In this document: positions 36,106 to 48,600 of the stretch, piece after piece | Position numbering within the stretch: the first letter of the stretch is position 1 | Layout of the letters: each line of letters starts with the position of its first letter | Notes under the pieces: model-generated | The model's input: only the letters and a program-made list of their open reading frames with translations | The model's database searches: none | What the model was told of the DNA's origin: nothing | From: Phoronis australis | Lineage: Eukaryota > Animalia > Phoronida | Reading direction: 5' to 3' | NCBI GenBank assembly: GCA_002633005.1 | Contig: NMRA01000209.1 | Coordinates: 190,950-254,949, forward strand | Length of the DNA stretch: 64,000 nt | Program-made: the position numbers and the translations under genes

Positions 36106-36609
36106 ATGAAGGCTAGTGCTATTGCTGGAGTAGCTGTCGTGTTTATTTCCTATTACGTTGGACTTCTCTGCGGCCAGACGGTACCGGGCGACGATGACCA
36201 TCTCGACATTCCCGTTGTGGGAACAGCTCCGAGAATACGGATCCCGAAAACTAAAATTAATGTCTTGGGTGCCATGCTGAAGACTCAGATTCAAGCGATA
36301 CGAAACTCCACTGACAAGCAAGTTGAGCTCGTTTTCCTAATTGATAGTTCGACCAGTGTTAAGTTTGGAAACTTTCACAACGAATTGAAGTTTGTGAGAA
36401 AACTTTTAGCGGATTTCACGGTGGAGTTAGCATCCACTAGAGTTGCGGTCGTCACTTTTTCGTCGCGCCACAGAATCCACCGGCACATCGACCACATATC
36501 CCGTCCAAATGAGGGGAATCACAAATGCGCCCTTCTGGAGGAACAACTGCCAAAAATCAAATATAAAGGCGGAGGGACATACACCCGGGGAGCTATGCTT
36601 GAAGCCCAG
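36106..36609 (+). CDS. SVEP1: SVEP1 coding exon 1 (signal peptide, vWA N-half with MIDAS DSSTS)
   Basis: [23 protein letters not shown] hydrophobic leader; donor cag|gtaatt. A possible acceptor at 36100 suggests an upstream UTR exon. Confidence 0.9.
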
Positions 36610-39600
36610 GTAATTCACTGCTTTGCAACATCATTGCGTAAGAATGTTACGCCAGTGTCCATCTAGAGTACATGTATGTGTTCTTTCGTCCATCTTCGTC
36701 GCCAAAACTGGCATTTGAATGCGTTTGGTTGGAACTGTGTTTGGTATATATTCTTTAATCTCTATAGTGTCATAGGGGTCCCAAAATAGGATTCTGTCTG
36801 CATTGGAATTTCTCTCGTTATTTTTAGATCGTCTGCTTCAAACTTAAAATTAGTCTGACCCGTGTTTGGAACTTCGAATTCTATTACTCATTCACGTTTA
36901 CCGGCACTTGTTACTGGCATTTTGTGGTCGATATTTTTTAAACAGGTGTTGGTCGACCCCGTCTTAAATAAAACAGTCAAACATTGGCTTTCGCTGAAGA
37001 TTGGCATTCGCAAAAGCTGGTCGCCAGCGAAATAGCCATTGACTTAGAAAAAAATGCACCATTCTTCCAATGATCTCATCGATCCGGCAATACAGCAAGA
37101 TTTATGTTCTGTTTGAATAGGATTCCTGAGAAATATTCCGAATGGTATATGGCTCAAAAAATTTTAGACAAAAAAACTGTGGGGCTCCAGGTTAGAATAT
37201 TTTGCGAATTAGTCACGATTACCAATTGGTTTTACCATCTAGCGTAAGCATAACGTACAATGTATCTCAGTTACATAAGCAAACGATGTTATCATAGGGT
37301 TAGGGTGACAGAGAAGTTGGTGGGGTTATGAGCATAACACAGTTGTCGTTAACGTGACTCACGTAAATTCAAATGCCTGCTCAATGCGATTCAAATGTGC
37401 GATAGAGAAGAAAGAGAGAAAACGTTAAGCAAAACAATAAGATACAGAAACGCGTATGAAGCAAAATTACAACACGAGTGGTTCTAGATGGCCCCTGGGC
37501 GGTACAAAACCGTTAAATTTGACTTAAAGTTTTTGCAGACACATATTCGATTGGGCGAATACGACTTTGCTCACTGAAATTCATTTCATTGTTCTTAAAA
37601 ATATAAAACACAATAAGATGTTACGTCGTGGTTGGACAACTTTCTGGTTGTGGATAAATTTCGCCGTCGCTTATGCAAATTTCTCCCTTATGAATGCAAT
37701 TGTTTGTTTTAACTTTCAACTTTTTAAGTTCGAAACATTCGTTTGCCACTAGCAATTCTTAATTGAGTTGGCAATGACCTAGAAATTTCCCGCAAGACTA
37801 GACTTCGAACCATGCACTCCCCCACCAAACTTGAGAATTTTTCTGAAAGTCACACTGAGTTTCAACTTAACCGCAGAATTCGAACTGTAGGTTTTTCCTA
37901 ACAAATGTTTCCGCTTTCGTCAACGAAGGGCAATATTTTATTACTTTCACGCTGGCTCTAACCTCGGTACAACTTAATTTCATTTTAATCGACATTCTGA
38001 CTTGAGCCCGGTCCCATGCGCGCCATCTTGATACGGATATCAAAAGAGTTTTATTCTTATACGCAGGTCGTTCCAGCAACAAAACGTCTTACGAACCAGA
38101 TGCAAATATTGACGCAATAGATTTATTGCAATTCCTGAAATTTTGCTTCTGGACTAACTACAACTCGGCGCATTCAAGTCTCGAACACCGAGTCCGAGTT
38201 GTTTGCAAATCTGTGTTTCATTCTAAATAATACTGTCTGCAGTTATTTAATCTTTTTGGAGTAGCAGAAAACTAATTTTTGAGGGTCTTCGTGACACTTT
38301 GATGAGGATATGTTTTTCCAAAAGCAATGAGCATCCGGCTCGTATAAAATGTTTTGGCTCTTCAGTATATTTGACCGAAACGAACGTCATGTCTTGGCCA
38401 TTCGCAAAAAACAATTCACCGAAACACTGAAGACCATAGTGTACAATGATCCCTCAAAGACATCACTGAAAAGCCTCGCGAAGCGCCATCTTTGAATTCA
38501 CTGTTATGGTTCACATTTTCTATCGAAATATTTTTCTTTTTATTACGGCGAGTTAGTTAGATAAAATAATGAACATAGTGAAATTTATAAATAATCACAG
38601 CATGAAGCCTCGTCCTCGCTAATGTGATTTATTTCAGTTTGTAGTTTACGATTTGACAGAATTAACGGTGCGGAGGTTTTAAAGTCTTTGTAGTGTAAGC
38701 CTTAAAGAGTCCTGGAACGCGATAAATAGTCTAAATTGCACTATTGAAAATGGTTCTCTGCAAACTAAAATAGAATTCAACCAGCTCACCTAGTATTTTT
38801 ATTGTTTGTTCGTAAAGATTTTTAATTTCTGTTGACATCGAACCATTTTCTTTTAGTTTCAAATTTCAAAGAAAACGATCTGTTAACTGCTCGCCACTTC
38901 GTCGATTTTTATCCCACAAGGCAAAGCACGTCTACTTATTTGGTATGGCAAGACATAGACATGCAGTGTAGCACATTTCCCTGTATGGAAAATGTATCCT
39001 TTGACGTCAAGCGACTTTAAGCAACTGACTGTTAGCGCATGCTCCCATTTATCATAAGTGGGCGGTAGATTAGAAACTGTGTGGTAACCACAGTTTTTCC
39101 TTCGCGAGTATTTAAAAAATTGGGAATTTTGTGATATTTTTCTGCAAATTTCCCCACAGGTGAAAGTGAATAACTGTATGTTGCGAGATAATACTTTCGC
39201 CAGGAATTGTTTAAAAGATAAAAGCTAATTTTGACGTGCTTTTGCGTTCCATGCCTCTTTAACATTAATTAACATTTCTGCGATGCGTACGGTGAAAGTG
39301 TGACTCCCAGTCATGTTTTACAGTATTTACTATAGCATTCACTGCAACTCCAATGCAGAAGGGTCTTCGAGGTATCTAAACCCCCTACTAGGCTCCACTT
39401 ACCTTCCTTAACTTTGATATCCAGTATACGCTTAAAAGTCAGTCAACAATATTGCTCTTGCGATTTTTATTTCCATGCAAACACCCGATTTTGTAATTTA
39501 GGAAATGTCCTACCGCTATGCAAAAGAGGACATTATATAATGGTTAGAATTATCACATAACTCGTGAATGTGTTGGTTGAAAATCCAAAGTTCCTCTTAC

Positions 39601-42600
39601 GGATTTTTAATTATTTAGTTTTTTAATCAAGTTTATTTTAAACCAAATGAAATTAAGTTCTTAACCTACACGTCAACTTTTGGCATACCAGATGACCCAG
39701 CATGGGCGGCGCAGCACTGAAATAAGTTGGGGCTATAGCCCCCTATGGTGCGCGCCACCCATGGCCATGGGCGGCACAGCACTGAAATAAGTGATGACTA
39801 TAGCCCCCAGGCTCCCTATGGTGCGCCGTCCACGCAAAGGCTTTCATTCGGGGTGAGGGGGTGTTGGTGGGGGTTTGTTGGTCCTTTGAGGCCGCAAAAT
39901 ATTGTGGCTTCACAGGCAACCAATATCGTCAAGTTGTAGACTATTGAATTGCGCACTGCCGTAGCCCGCGAAGTGCGACAATTCGAAGCACAAGATGTCG
40001 TAATTTTTCATGCAACAGTTTGTAGTGTTTATAGGTCATGGCACTCTGATTGTGATAGCCCAGGCCGACGTTTGAAGCACAACTGTCGCAATTTTTCTTG
40101 CGACAAGTTGTAATATGTGGAATTGTGTATTGCCGTAGCTCTCAAAATTGACCCATCGCAAGATCCGCCCCCTGGCGTAATGTCGACTAACAAACAATAA
40201 GTTTTACCCGGCAAAGTGTTGTTTGTTGGGTAAAATGGTGGCTTGGATTTGAGGGTGTGTCAATAATGCTGCTTTCTAAATGGTAAGTTAACCCGTCACT
40301 CAAAATCCTGGCGATAAGTCAATTGCAAAGGCTCACAGATCACTGACGTCACCCTTACAGTGACCATCGAGGAGGAAAGCGTACTTGTTGTTTGCCCCCC
40401 CCCTCGGTCGCCTCGAGCTCCCCCTCCCTCAGAAACTCATGGGGAGGGGGGTGAGGGGCTGAACAAAGACTCGTGAGACAAACTGTCACTGCATCAAAAT
40501 GTGTTTCGATAATATTCCTTTGAAAATCAACACAGTGTTAAATTTGAGGCTTAGTCTGTCCGACCCCACAAACCACAAATTGTCGCAACGAAAGGTGACA
40601 ACGCTTTGTATTTCAAAGGCTGGTTAAAATTGTCGCAGTCTGAGGATTGCCACAGAGTGCGACAATATATTCATTTCCCTCTGTTTGGGTCGTACAGGGT
40701 TCGAATCTCCTTATCGGCCTCTTTGGTATTGTTGTAGTGGAGATATGTGAAGTGTTCGATCGTAACATATGGCCGAAAACGGCTTCGTGGTTATTGTATC
40801 GATAAAACCTACGATGGGATTATTGTTTCAAAAACTGTATGGCAGCTGGTCTTGTTTTTCCCAGAATGCTGTTGCTTATTTAAATGTATTCACACTGTGA
40901 ATAAGTGCACTGGGAGCCGACTCCGTGATGTCCCGTTACAACATATCTAAGTCCGAAAAGACCATCTTTAATTATTTTGTATTCCGTACCTATTGGACGC
41001 GCAAAGTACATTCGCCCGAAACCCGAGCAGTGTTTCGTTGACGCTTGAGCCTCGCGATAAAGCAAGATCATGCATGGCTTCGCAAAACCACGCGAGTGAA
41101 GGGCAAGTGTTTCTCTAGTCGGCTCTAAACCATTGTATCGTAAATTGGTGGCCACTGTTGTACAGTAATTGGTCGGTGAGGTTGGAATGTTGAATCATGC
41201 GTTAAGATTCACTGTTTCCGTTAAATAGCGGAAGATTTCTCTTCGGAAGTGCAAGAATATTGTTTTGGAACACAGCCTTTGGTTGCGTTCAGTTGACGCA
41301 AAACGCTTGCGCGCGAAAAGTCTTCTCGATGTATAGCCATCACTAGCAAAGCTCATGACCACTCTTGCTTTCTTCACGGGTGTCTTGCGTCTACGGAACG
41401 CAGTGACTGCTTTCCTGAGATACTCGCGAGTCCTTTGTCGCGATAAATCTTGCCTGAAACCGGAAAGCGTGAATTTTCTTCCGTTATTTAGTATTTCTAT
41501 CTCTCTGGACCAATTATTTCAGTGGTGATCATTTCGCTAGTCTACGCAAGTAGCTTTCCGATCTTACCTACGAAACTCGTGTCTTTCACACAAGTTATTT
41601 TACATGATCTCGCGTGATCTCGAAGTCACGGTGGAATGTATATGGGAATTTAGGGCCGGTTCCCCCGCAGATAGGACTAAAAAGAAAAATATAACCGCCA
41701 CAGATATGACGCAGTTATTTTGCTTAAAGCGGTACTTGCTCCCCATTACAGCACTCGAGACCCCCCAATGGAAAGGTACATTGAATATACCTTTCTTCAC
41801 TTCTGGTGGTGCACAAGCAGTCAGCGCGTCAACTGTCGTCCAAATCTAGGGATTTTCTTCTACATAATGGTTCAGCGCTTCTGCCGCACCATCAAAGTAC
41901 AGATAAGGGAAACACCTCGAAGATACCAAATGATAAGCGAGAGCAAAGTATTTCTGTCCCCGAGACAGTACCCGGGAGCAAAATACCCACCGAGACAATA
42001 CCTCAGAGAATAAAATACCCACCAGAGTTACCTGCAAATCCCAACCAATGCCCGGGATCTAAAAGAGCCTGGTGAACGCGATTAAAAGACTTAGCGTAGC
42101 ATGGTTTTCATCCGTTTCGCATCATTTAAGCCTATTTTTCCAATAATTTAAATTAATGAACAATAGTTTGTGATTTTACTTTCGAAGTCCTAGTAAGAGA
42201 ACTACAGACAGCGGGCTTTCGAAAACCCCTCGTGCTTACTCAACATTTGTGTAGAACTGCATCAAGTGGAGGCGGTCACGTGACTGCCAACGTAATCGTG
42301 TCGATGCCATCGTCCGCTGAAGTTTGCATGCGATACATGGACGTGGACGTAAATACGAAACGCCAAAGGGTTCCTTAATGCGGGTTGAAATGTGCTTATC
42401 CAACGCTCACAATTGATTAATAGACGCTCGGAATATACCTCATGTGAGATTATGAACGAGTTGGTGGTTTTGTTCCACTTCTGTTCTGAGTTCGGAAGCC
42501 CACAAGCGGTACCCGAAACACGCTTGCAGTGTTTTTGTCAATGACATAATTTTCTTCTATTGCAGCGATCATGTATAGTTTACGGCATTTTTACTGAATG

Positions 42601-45600
42601 CAACAAACTGGGATTGGCATGTATTGTGGACATTTCGTCATTATCAGCAGACAGCAAAAAATGAAGTTGTTTACAAACAGTTTTTAGAGTAACGAAGCTA
42701 TAAAAGAATAAAATCCGAAAAACACATGGGAAATAAGAAACATAACTGCATGGTGTCCCTTCTTCTAGCGCTGTTTCTTTAAGCGCTGAGATGGAAAGAC
42801 AGGGTAAACAATACTTCAGGACAAGGGTGATACATAAATTTTCTCTGGATATTTAATCACAAGGCCGGATGACCCTTTGCGCTTTAGATGGGTATTTTCC
42901 TATTGTTTATCGTTTACAACTGAAATGAGTTTAAACGCGTCGCGCAATGTCCGTTTTTTAATGACAATTTCAAGTGGTCTCTTGACTTAAATCGACCCAA
43001 TCTAAAACCCACTCGTTGTTGCGTTGTAGAAACAATTTAAAAGGAAAGTCTCAATTTTCCCGAGATATGCTTATTTGTCTTTCGAGATTCACTCTTTTAA
43101 ACTTTCTATATTCTCATGTAAACAAATGCGAATCAAATTTTTTTATGGGTGGGCCTCGGTTGTGGTATCCTGCCCAACAAATAATATCGACCTGAAACGC
43201 AACCATGTACGATCTACGACATACGTAAGAATAACGATGATTTCGAGGGAGACGATAGTTTAAAATAACGACGATAGTACTCAAAATTATCTAATGGTAA
43301 ATTTTTTATTATAGTCACTTACAGGAGTTCTGGATTTTAAGAGTCAGTTTAAGAACCGTTATTCAAAACTATTTCTCAAAATATGGGACCACTGCAAATG
43401 ACTACTAGCGGGTATTTTATGAAATTTTGTTATTTTTATGATGATCGTTTAAAACAGAATGCAAACAATTATGACTCTGGGTTTGATCACCTTGGCAATT
43501 TAAAGTTCAATTTTTTTTCGTTTCCGCGGACTATTTGGGATTAATTTATAACATCGCATTATAGTGACAGTGATGTTGTTTTAGAGATCGGTCCCAAGAC
43601 AGATTCGAACCTCCGACTTCAGCATTCGCAGACCGGCACTTTGCTAGCAGAGCTAAAACAGACGAGATAAGACATCGATTTAATTTATTTCTAGAGGTCA
43701 ACGTCGGGGGCGACGATTTGTAATGAAATCAAATATCCACGCTGATTCAGCCGTGGTAAAAGTTCATGACTTCAAGAAGACTAACCCACCCAACAATACT
43801 CCCGAAATGCCTTTTCGGTCCTAAATTCGATTATGTACAGTAAATTGACAGCAAAGCCTTTACGTCTCAATCGCAAGTTAGACACTGTGGACAGATGCCG
43901 ACAGAACGGCGCTGACCACTTTTCCATATGTTTAATTGATAAAATGACCAGTTCTGTCAGATTATGTACACAAGTGTAACAGATGGTGAGACGGGACAGG
44001 TGCGTAAGTCACGTGGTGTTGTTATGCTGCCGACGACTAGACTTGCAAGGGTACAATTTCACTTGATGCTTCATTAGAGAAAATTCCTGCCAAATTTGAG
44101 GGGATAATTTGAGCTATGGTCCCTGCACTTTTCCAGACTTGGGAGCTTGACAGAACAGTCGGTTAATGTTCGTTCAAGGCTATCACTGCAGTGTAGCTTC
44201 GAGCCGTTTCTACAACTTTCATTCTTGACATACCCTTTCTTTACCTCTAACTGAAACTTGATTTTCTCCCTCTACCCGTAAGCACATTACATCCTGTACC
44301 TGCGAACCATATTTAATGCAGTTGCAACTTTTATCCTACGAAGAATCTCACGATTCCAAATTTCTTTGCACGAACTTAACGCAGTGATTCGGAAACAAAA
44401 TGTGCTTAGCGACCGAAATGCTCGCCGAAAAAATGAGGTGCGCGGGCAAAGATGACTGTGAGTACATGTACATGTAGGGTTGGAATTGAAGTTGTAGGTT
44501 AAACAACCCTGCTTCTTGGCAAGCTGCCTGCTCAGCAATAGATGTCATTATATGTTTTTCATTACTTTGTTATAGTAATTGACGCATTTCTCCTGTATAC
44601 CTATGGAAAACGAGGTTCCAAATTCCCAATACTAATGGGCACAGAACAGTTCTCATAGGGATTTGCCTTTCAGAACACACGTCTATGGACTCGTCACTCT
44701 TTCTCCACTCCGTCAAAAACTGCATGAAAGAACGAGGAGTTGTGAGTCATTTCACAACAGAAGCCCTACAGATGAGCGCAGAAACTTTGTTCTCTCTTGT
44801 ATTTTTGACCCTTTCACTCCTACTCAAAAGCAAGGGAGAGTAAGAAAAAAGGGGGCCGAAAAACGCCAAATCCACACTTTTCATCCCAAAACTACCACTT
44901 CCCTGCCGATGCTCGACTAAAGCCAGCATTAGATTCTGGAATTAATTAATTTTTCTACCAAATCCAAAATATGGTCCAAAAGTACTGTCAACCAACTAGT
45001 TTTTTACAAATCTGGTTTGTTTCAGTGCTACATGAAATCGCAGCTGATTTCTCAGTCGCTTTCCAGCAATGTACAATTCAACAGGGGACCGCCATCTTGA
45101 AGAAAAGTGCAGCTACAGCCGAGCAAGTGGTCTTTATCATTCTCAACATGTTCACATATACAAACAAATCACATTAACTTGGCCTACATGCAATACCTAA
45201 CTAAAATGCCCTCAAGATTGGCCTACCCCTAGATCTTAATATTTTGGGAGTGCAAATTGGCCGCGACCGCAGCCTAACTGTTCAGTGCCACCAAGTCTTT
45301 AATGTGTGTTCGAAGGACATATGGCGAACATAAATGCTCTTGCTTTGGTTCAACTCTATTGGATATTTTGACTAGTACACTTTATCTACACTGCTGCATA
45401 CAGTGTCGGCTCAGCAAGAATCTCGAGGAGACATTTTCACCTACCAGAAGAATTGCAAGCGAGTTATCATCGTTAATAAAAAACACCGTGTTCTAAATCA
45501 ACGGCCCAAGGCAATCATAGCACGACATGCCGCCTTATCGTATGAATGTAATACTGCTAATTTTGGTCACCCCTCTTATATTTGGTCGACGCTGAGCAGA

Positions 45601-48600
45601 TACCACATGTTCAGTAGAGTGTTTCTTGTCAGATCCTCTGTGATATCTCCCATCATATCTAAATATTGAGATTCCATGCTAGTTCCGATAAGGGTATATT
45701 TTTCCCAACGGTTTGGGCCTTTCGAGTTAATTTCTGACAGTTTGTAAAAACTTCATGTTATTTGCAAACATTGCAATTCGTTAACACAATTACAAATGAG
45801 GACAATGTAACTCTTCGTCCATATACATGTACACAACCAAACACATTTGCCTTCGTGTCATATTTGTGGCTTGCTTAACTGTTCTTTTTGTCTTAAGAAA
45901 ACATTTACTCGACCACCCACCATCTGAATTACATTATCTGTCCCACAGTTTGCCATCCATTATTCGAGATAACAGTTTCCAGAGACAATAGTGTGTTACG
46001 CGAACGTTCAGAGTAAACATCCCAGATGCCAGCATCTGTCAGACCTAGAATAAATCGCGTAAAATAACTGTCCTGTGAATGTGCATTTGAACGCTTTAAG
46101 TTGCAAACACAATCTGAAAATCTTATTTTATCGGACCTCGATCTAATATGGTTTCGTCTTGTTTTGTTCGTGTACACCGCTTGTTCTTTAATTGAAAACG
46201 AGTGCAAAGAACCGTTCTATGAAAAGACGCTAATGACTGTATTCAAAACAGTTAGACATGTTCTCGGGTAATTTAAAACTACACGTATATGCATTCTTTG
46301 TGATTTTATCTAAACCTGCTTTCTCGATACATTCCTACGACTCCATCCCGCACATCATTATCTTTTCAAAGACATTTCAGTATAGTGATTGACGGGATTT
46401 CGTATCTTGACCATATGTTTGCAATTTAACCATTTTAGATGTTATCGTTAGTCTTATAAGAAGGTTCTCGTAACAAGCTACACTGTGTGTTGCTGGAAAA
46501 TCAGATTTGACTTCCTTTCTGATTAGGAGTTCTAGACGACAAGTGACACGGCAAATTAGAAATGAACTATCCAACTGCCACACTGGTCGCATTCACCGAG
46601 ACCACCGCAGTACATGTATTTCAATAAAACTCTACGCTCATCTGTTTAGTAGAATTATGGTAAACAGTAATTGTTTACAGGATTAACAAAAATCCACTCC
46701 ACGTGACGACAGGAACAGTTGCTAACATCAACATTTATGACATCAGCGTAAACAAGCATTTAGTACTGTTTGTTTTAATAGTAGTAAAACACGCTTGAAG
46801 CCATTAGATTCCTGAGAGTCGAGCACGATTTCAAGTGACACGACAGATTCCATTTGCTGTCAAAACACACAGCGAACGTTTTTACTGACGGCGCAAGACA
46901 TATCGGTGAAAGCTGAAGGGTCACTGAGGAAACAATCTAGAGCCAGACTTCTGACTATTGAGTTCTTATAGCAGGCTAGACACAGTGTCGAACAACCACC
47001 GGTCACAGTGTTCGTGAACTCCGGCTGCTGGATGTACAAGTCAAGTGTTAAAGTATCTTTCCCGTGTGATACACGACGAGATATCAAATCAAAATGCTGA
47101 GTAGAAGTCGCAATGGATTAGCCATGCGCAAGCTAGGCTACTAAGAAGCTTCTTAACATTATTCACGTTAATCGTCGTATCATTACAACCCAGAACAATA
47201 TCGAGCAAAACATTCACAAAAGAAGCCTCGCAAACCTTTCCCAACCGCAGACTTCTGAAAGTGCCTTCAGCAAGAAAAATCTGCCATTGGTTTTTGAGAC
47301 TATGTTCGAAAGCTAGAGTTCCGAAGGGACTCTTCAGGATCCCAAAAGTATCTCAACAGGGAACTTTCGAAAGAGCCCTCACCGAGAAAATGCTACCACG
47401 CTTTTTGTTAACCTGGTTCGAAAATTTCCTAAGGGTCTCTTTCATACATTGCAAATGTGGACACGATGCTATTATTTGCTCAATGTTTGGTCCAGAAAGA
47501 GACCCTTCTAACTTCCTCCTTGTCAACTGAGACGTGATGTGAGTATTCATTATCAACATTATATCGCAAAACTCATTTCAGGACATATTTGCGAAAGCAC
47601 GTCCCGATGCTTCGAAAGCCCTATTCCTCATCACAGACGGTTATTCCAACGGCGGAGATCCCCGACCAGCCGCGAAGGCAATGCGTGACGACGGCGTCAG
47701 GGTGTTCACATTTGGAATTCGCAACGGCAACGTGAATGAGTTGTATGCCATGGCATCGGAACCGAAGGAGGAACATAACTATATATTAGACAGTTTTGAA
47801 GAGTTTGAAGCACTTGCAAGGAGAGCGCTGCACGAAGGTAATCTCGTCATTTGTTTCGTAAGATGACGTCAGACCAGTTTGCCAACACAATCCTTTAAGG
47901 TGCCCTGTTTAGCTGACTAGAAACGAAAATCGGTCTTATAATATTACTGAAAGGGTTCTATTTCCGTCGCCAACAAAAACACAGAAGCATCAACAACTCT
48001 AGAAAACCTTCAGAGTTATTGGGCGAACCCTAAAATTCGAAAATGAGGCATGCATTCATTGCCCGTGACTCGAGTCGGGGAAGAACCATTTCACGGTAGG
48101 GGGCGTCATGAGACTGATTTTCTAGGTAAAAGGTCCAACTCGACTTTCATTTTTAACCGACTTAACAGCGCGAAGTGCAGATTTAATGAATTTAAATCTG
48201 GCGCTCTTACCAACAAGTACTTTCATTTTAAATGTTCCCATTCTCTGGAAATTTTTGCGGTAATATTATTTAATTGTTGTTGTGGGTAAGGTGAACCCCT
48301 TCTTCAATCTTCATGTTAACTGCACATTCAATCTGACTGTCATAAAGTTGAAATTACTGTAACACAGGTTCTCTCACTCCCTTGGCTGCACATGCAGAAG
48401 ACCCTGTTACGAGTACGCACTCGTTAAAGGAAAATTTCGCATTTTGCAAAGCATCCAGTCAAAAAAGTTTACATTGCACCATACTGTATCTTCCATGCTT
48501 ACCAGGTATTTCAGAAAGACACCCCATGGGACGGAAAATTTCTTTTTCCCGACGGCATGACGTCAAACAACTAACCAAGGTGTATTTCGGAAAACAGAAG

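Noticed and set aside
43591-43663. Functional tRNA gene
   Set aside because: Acceptor and anticodon stems do not pair properly, so it is kept only as a tRNA-derived element.
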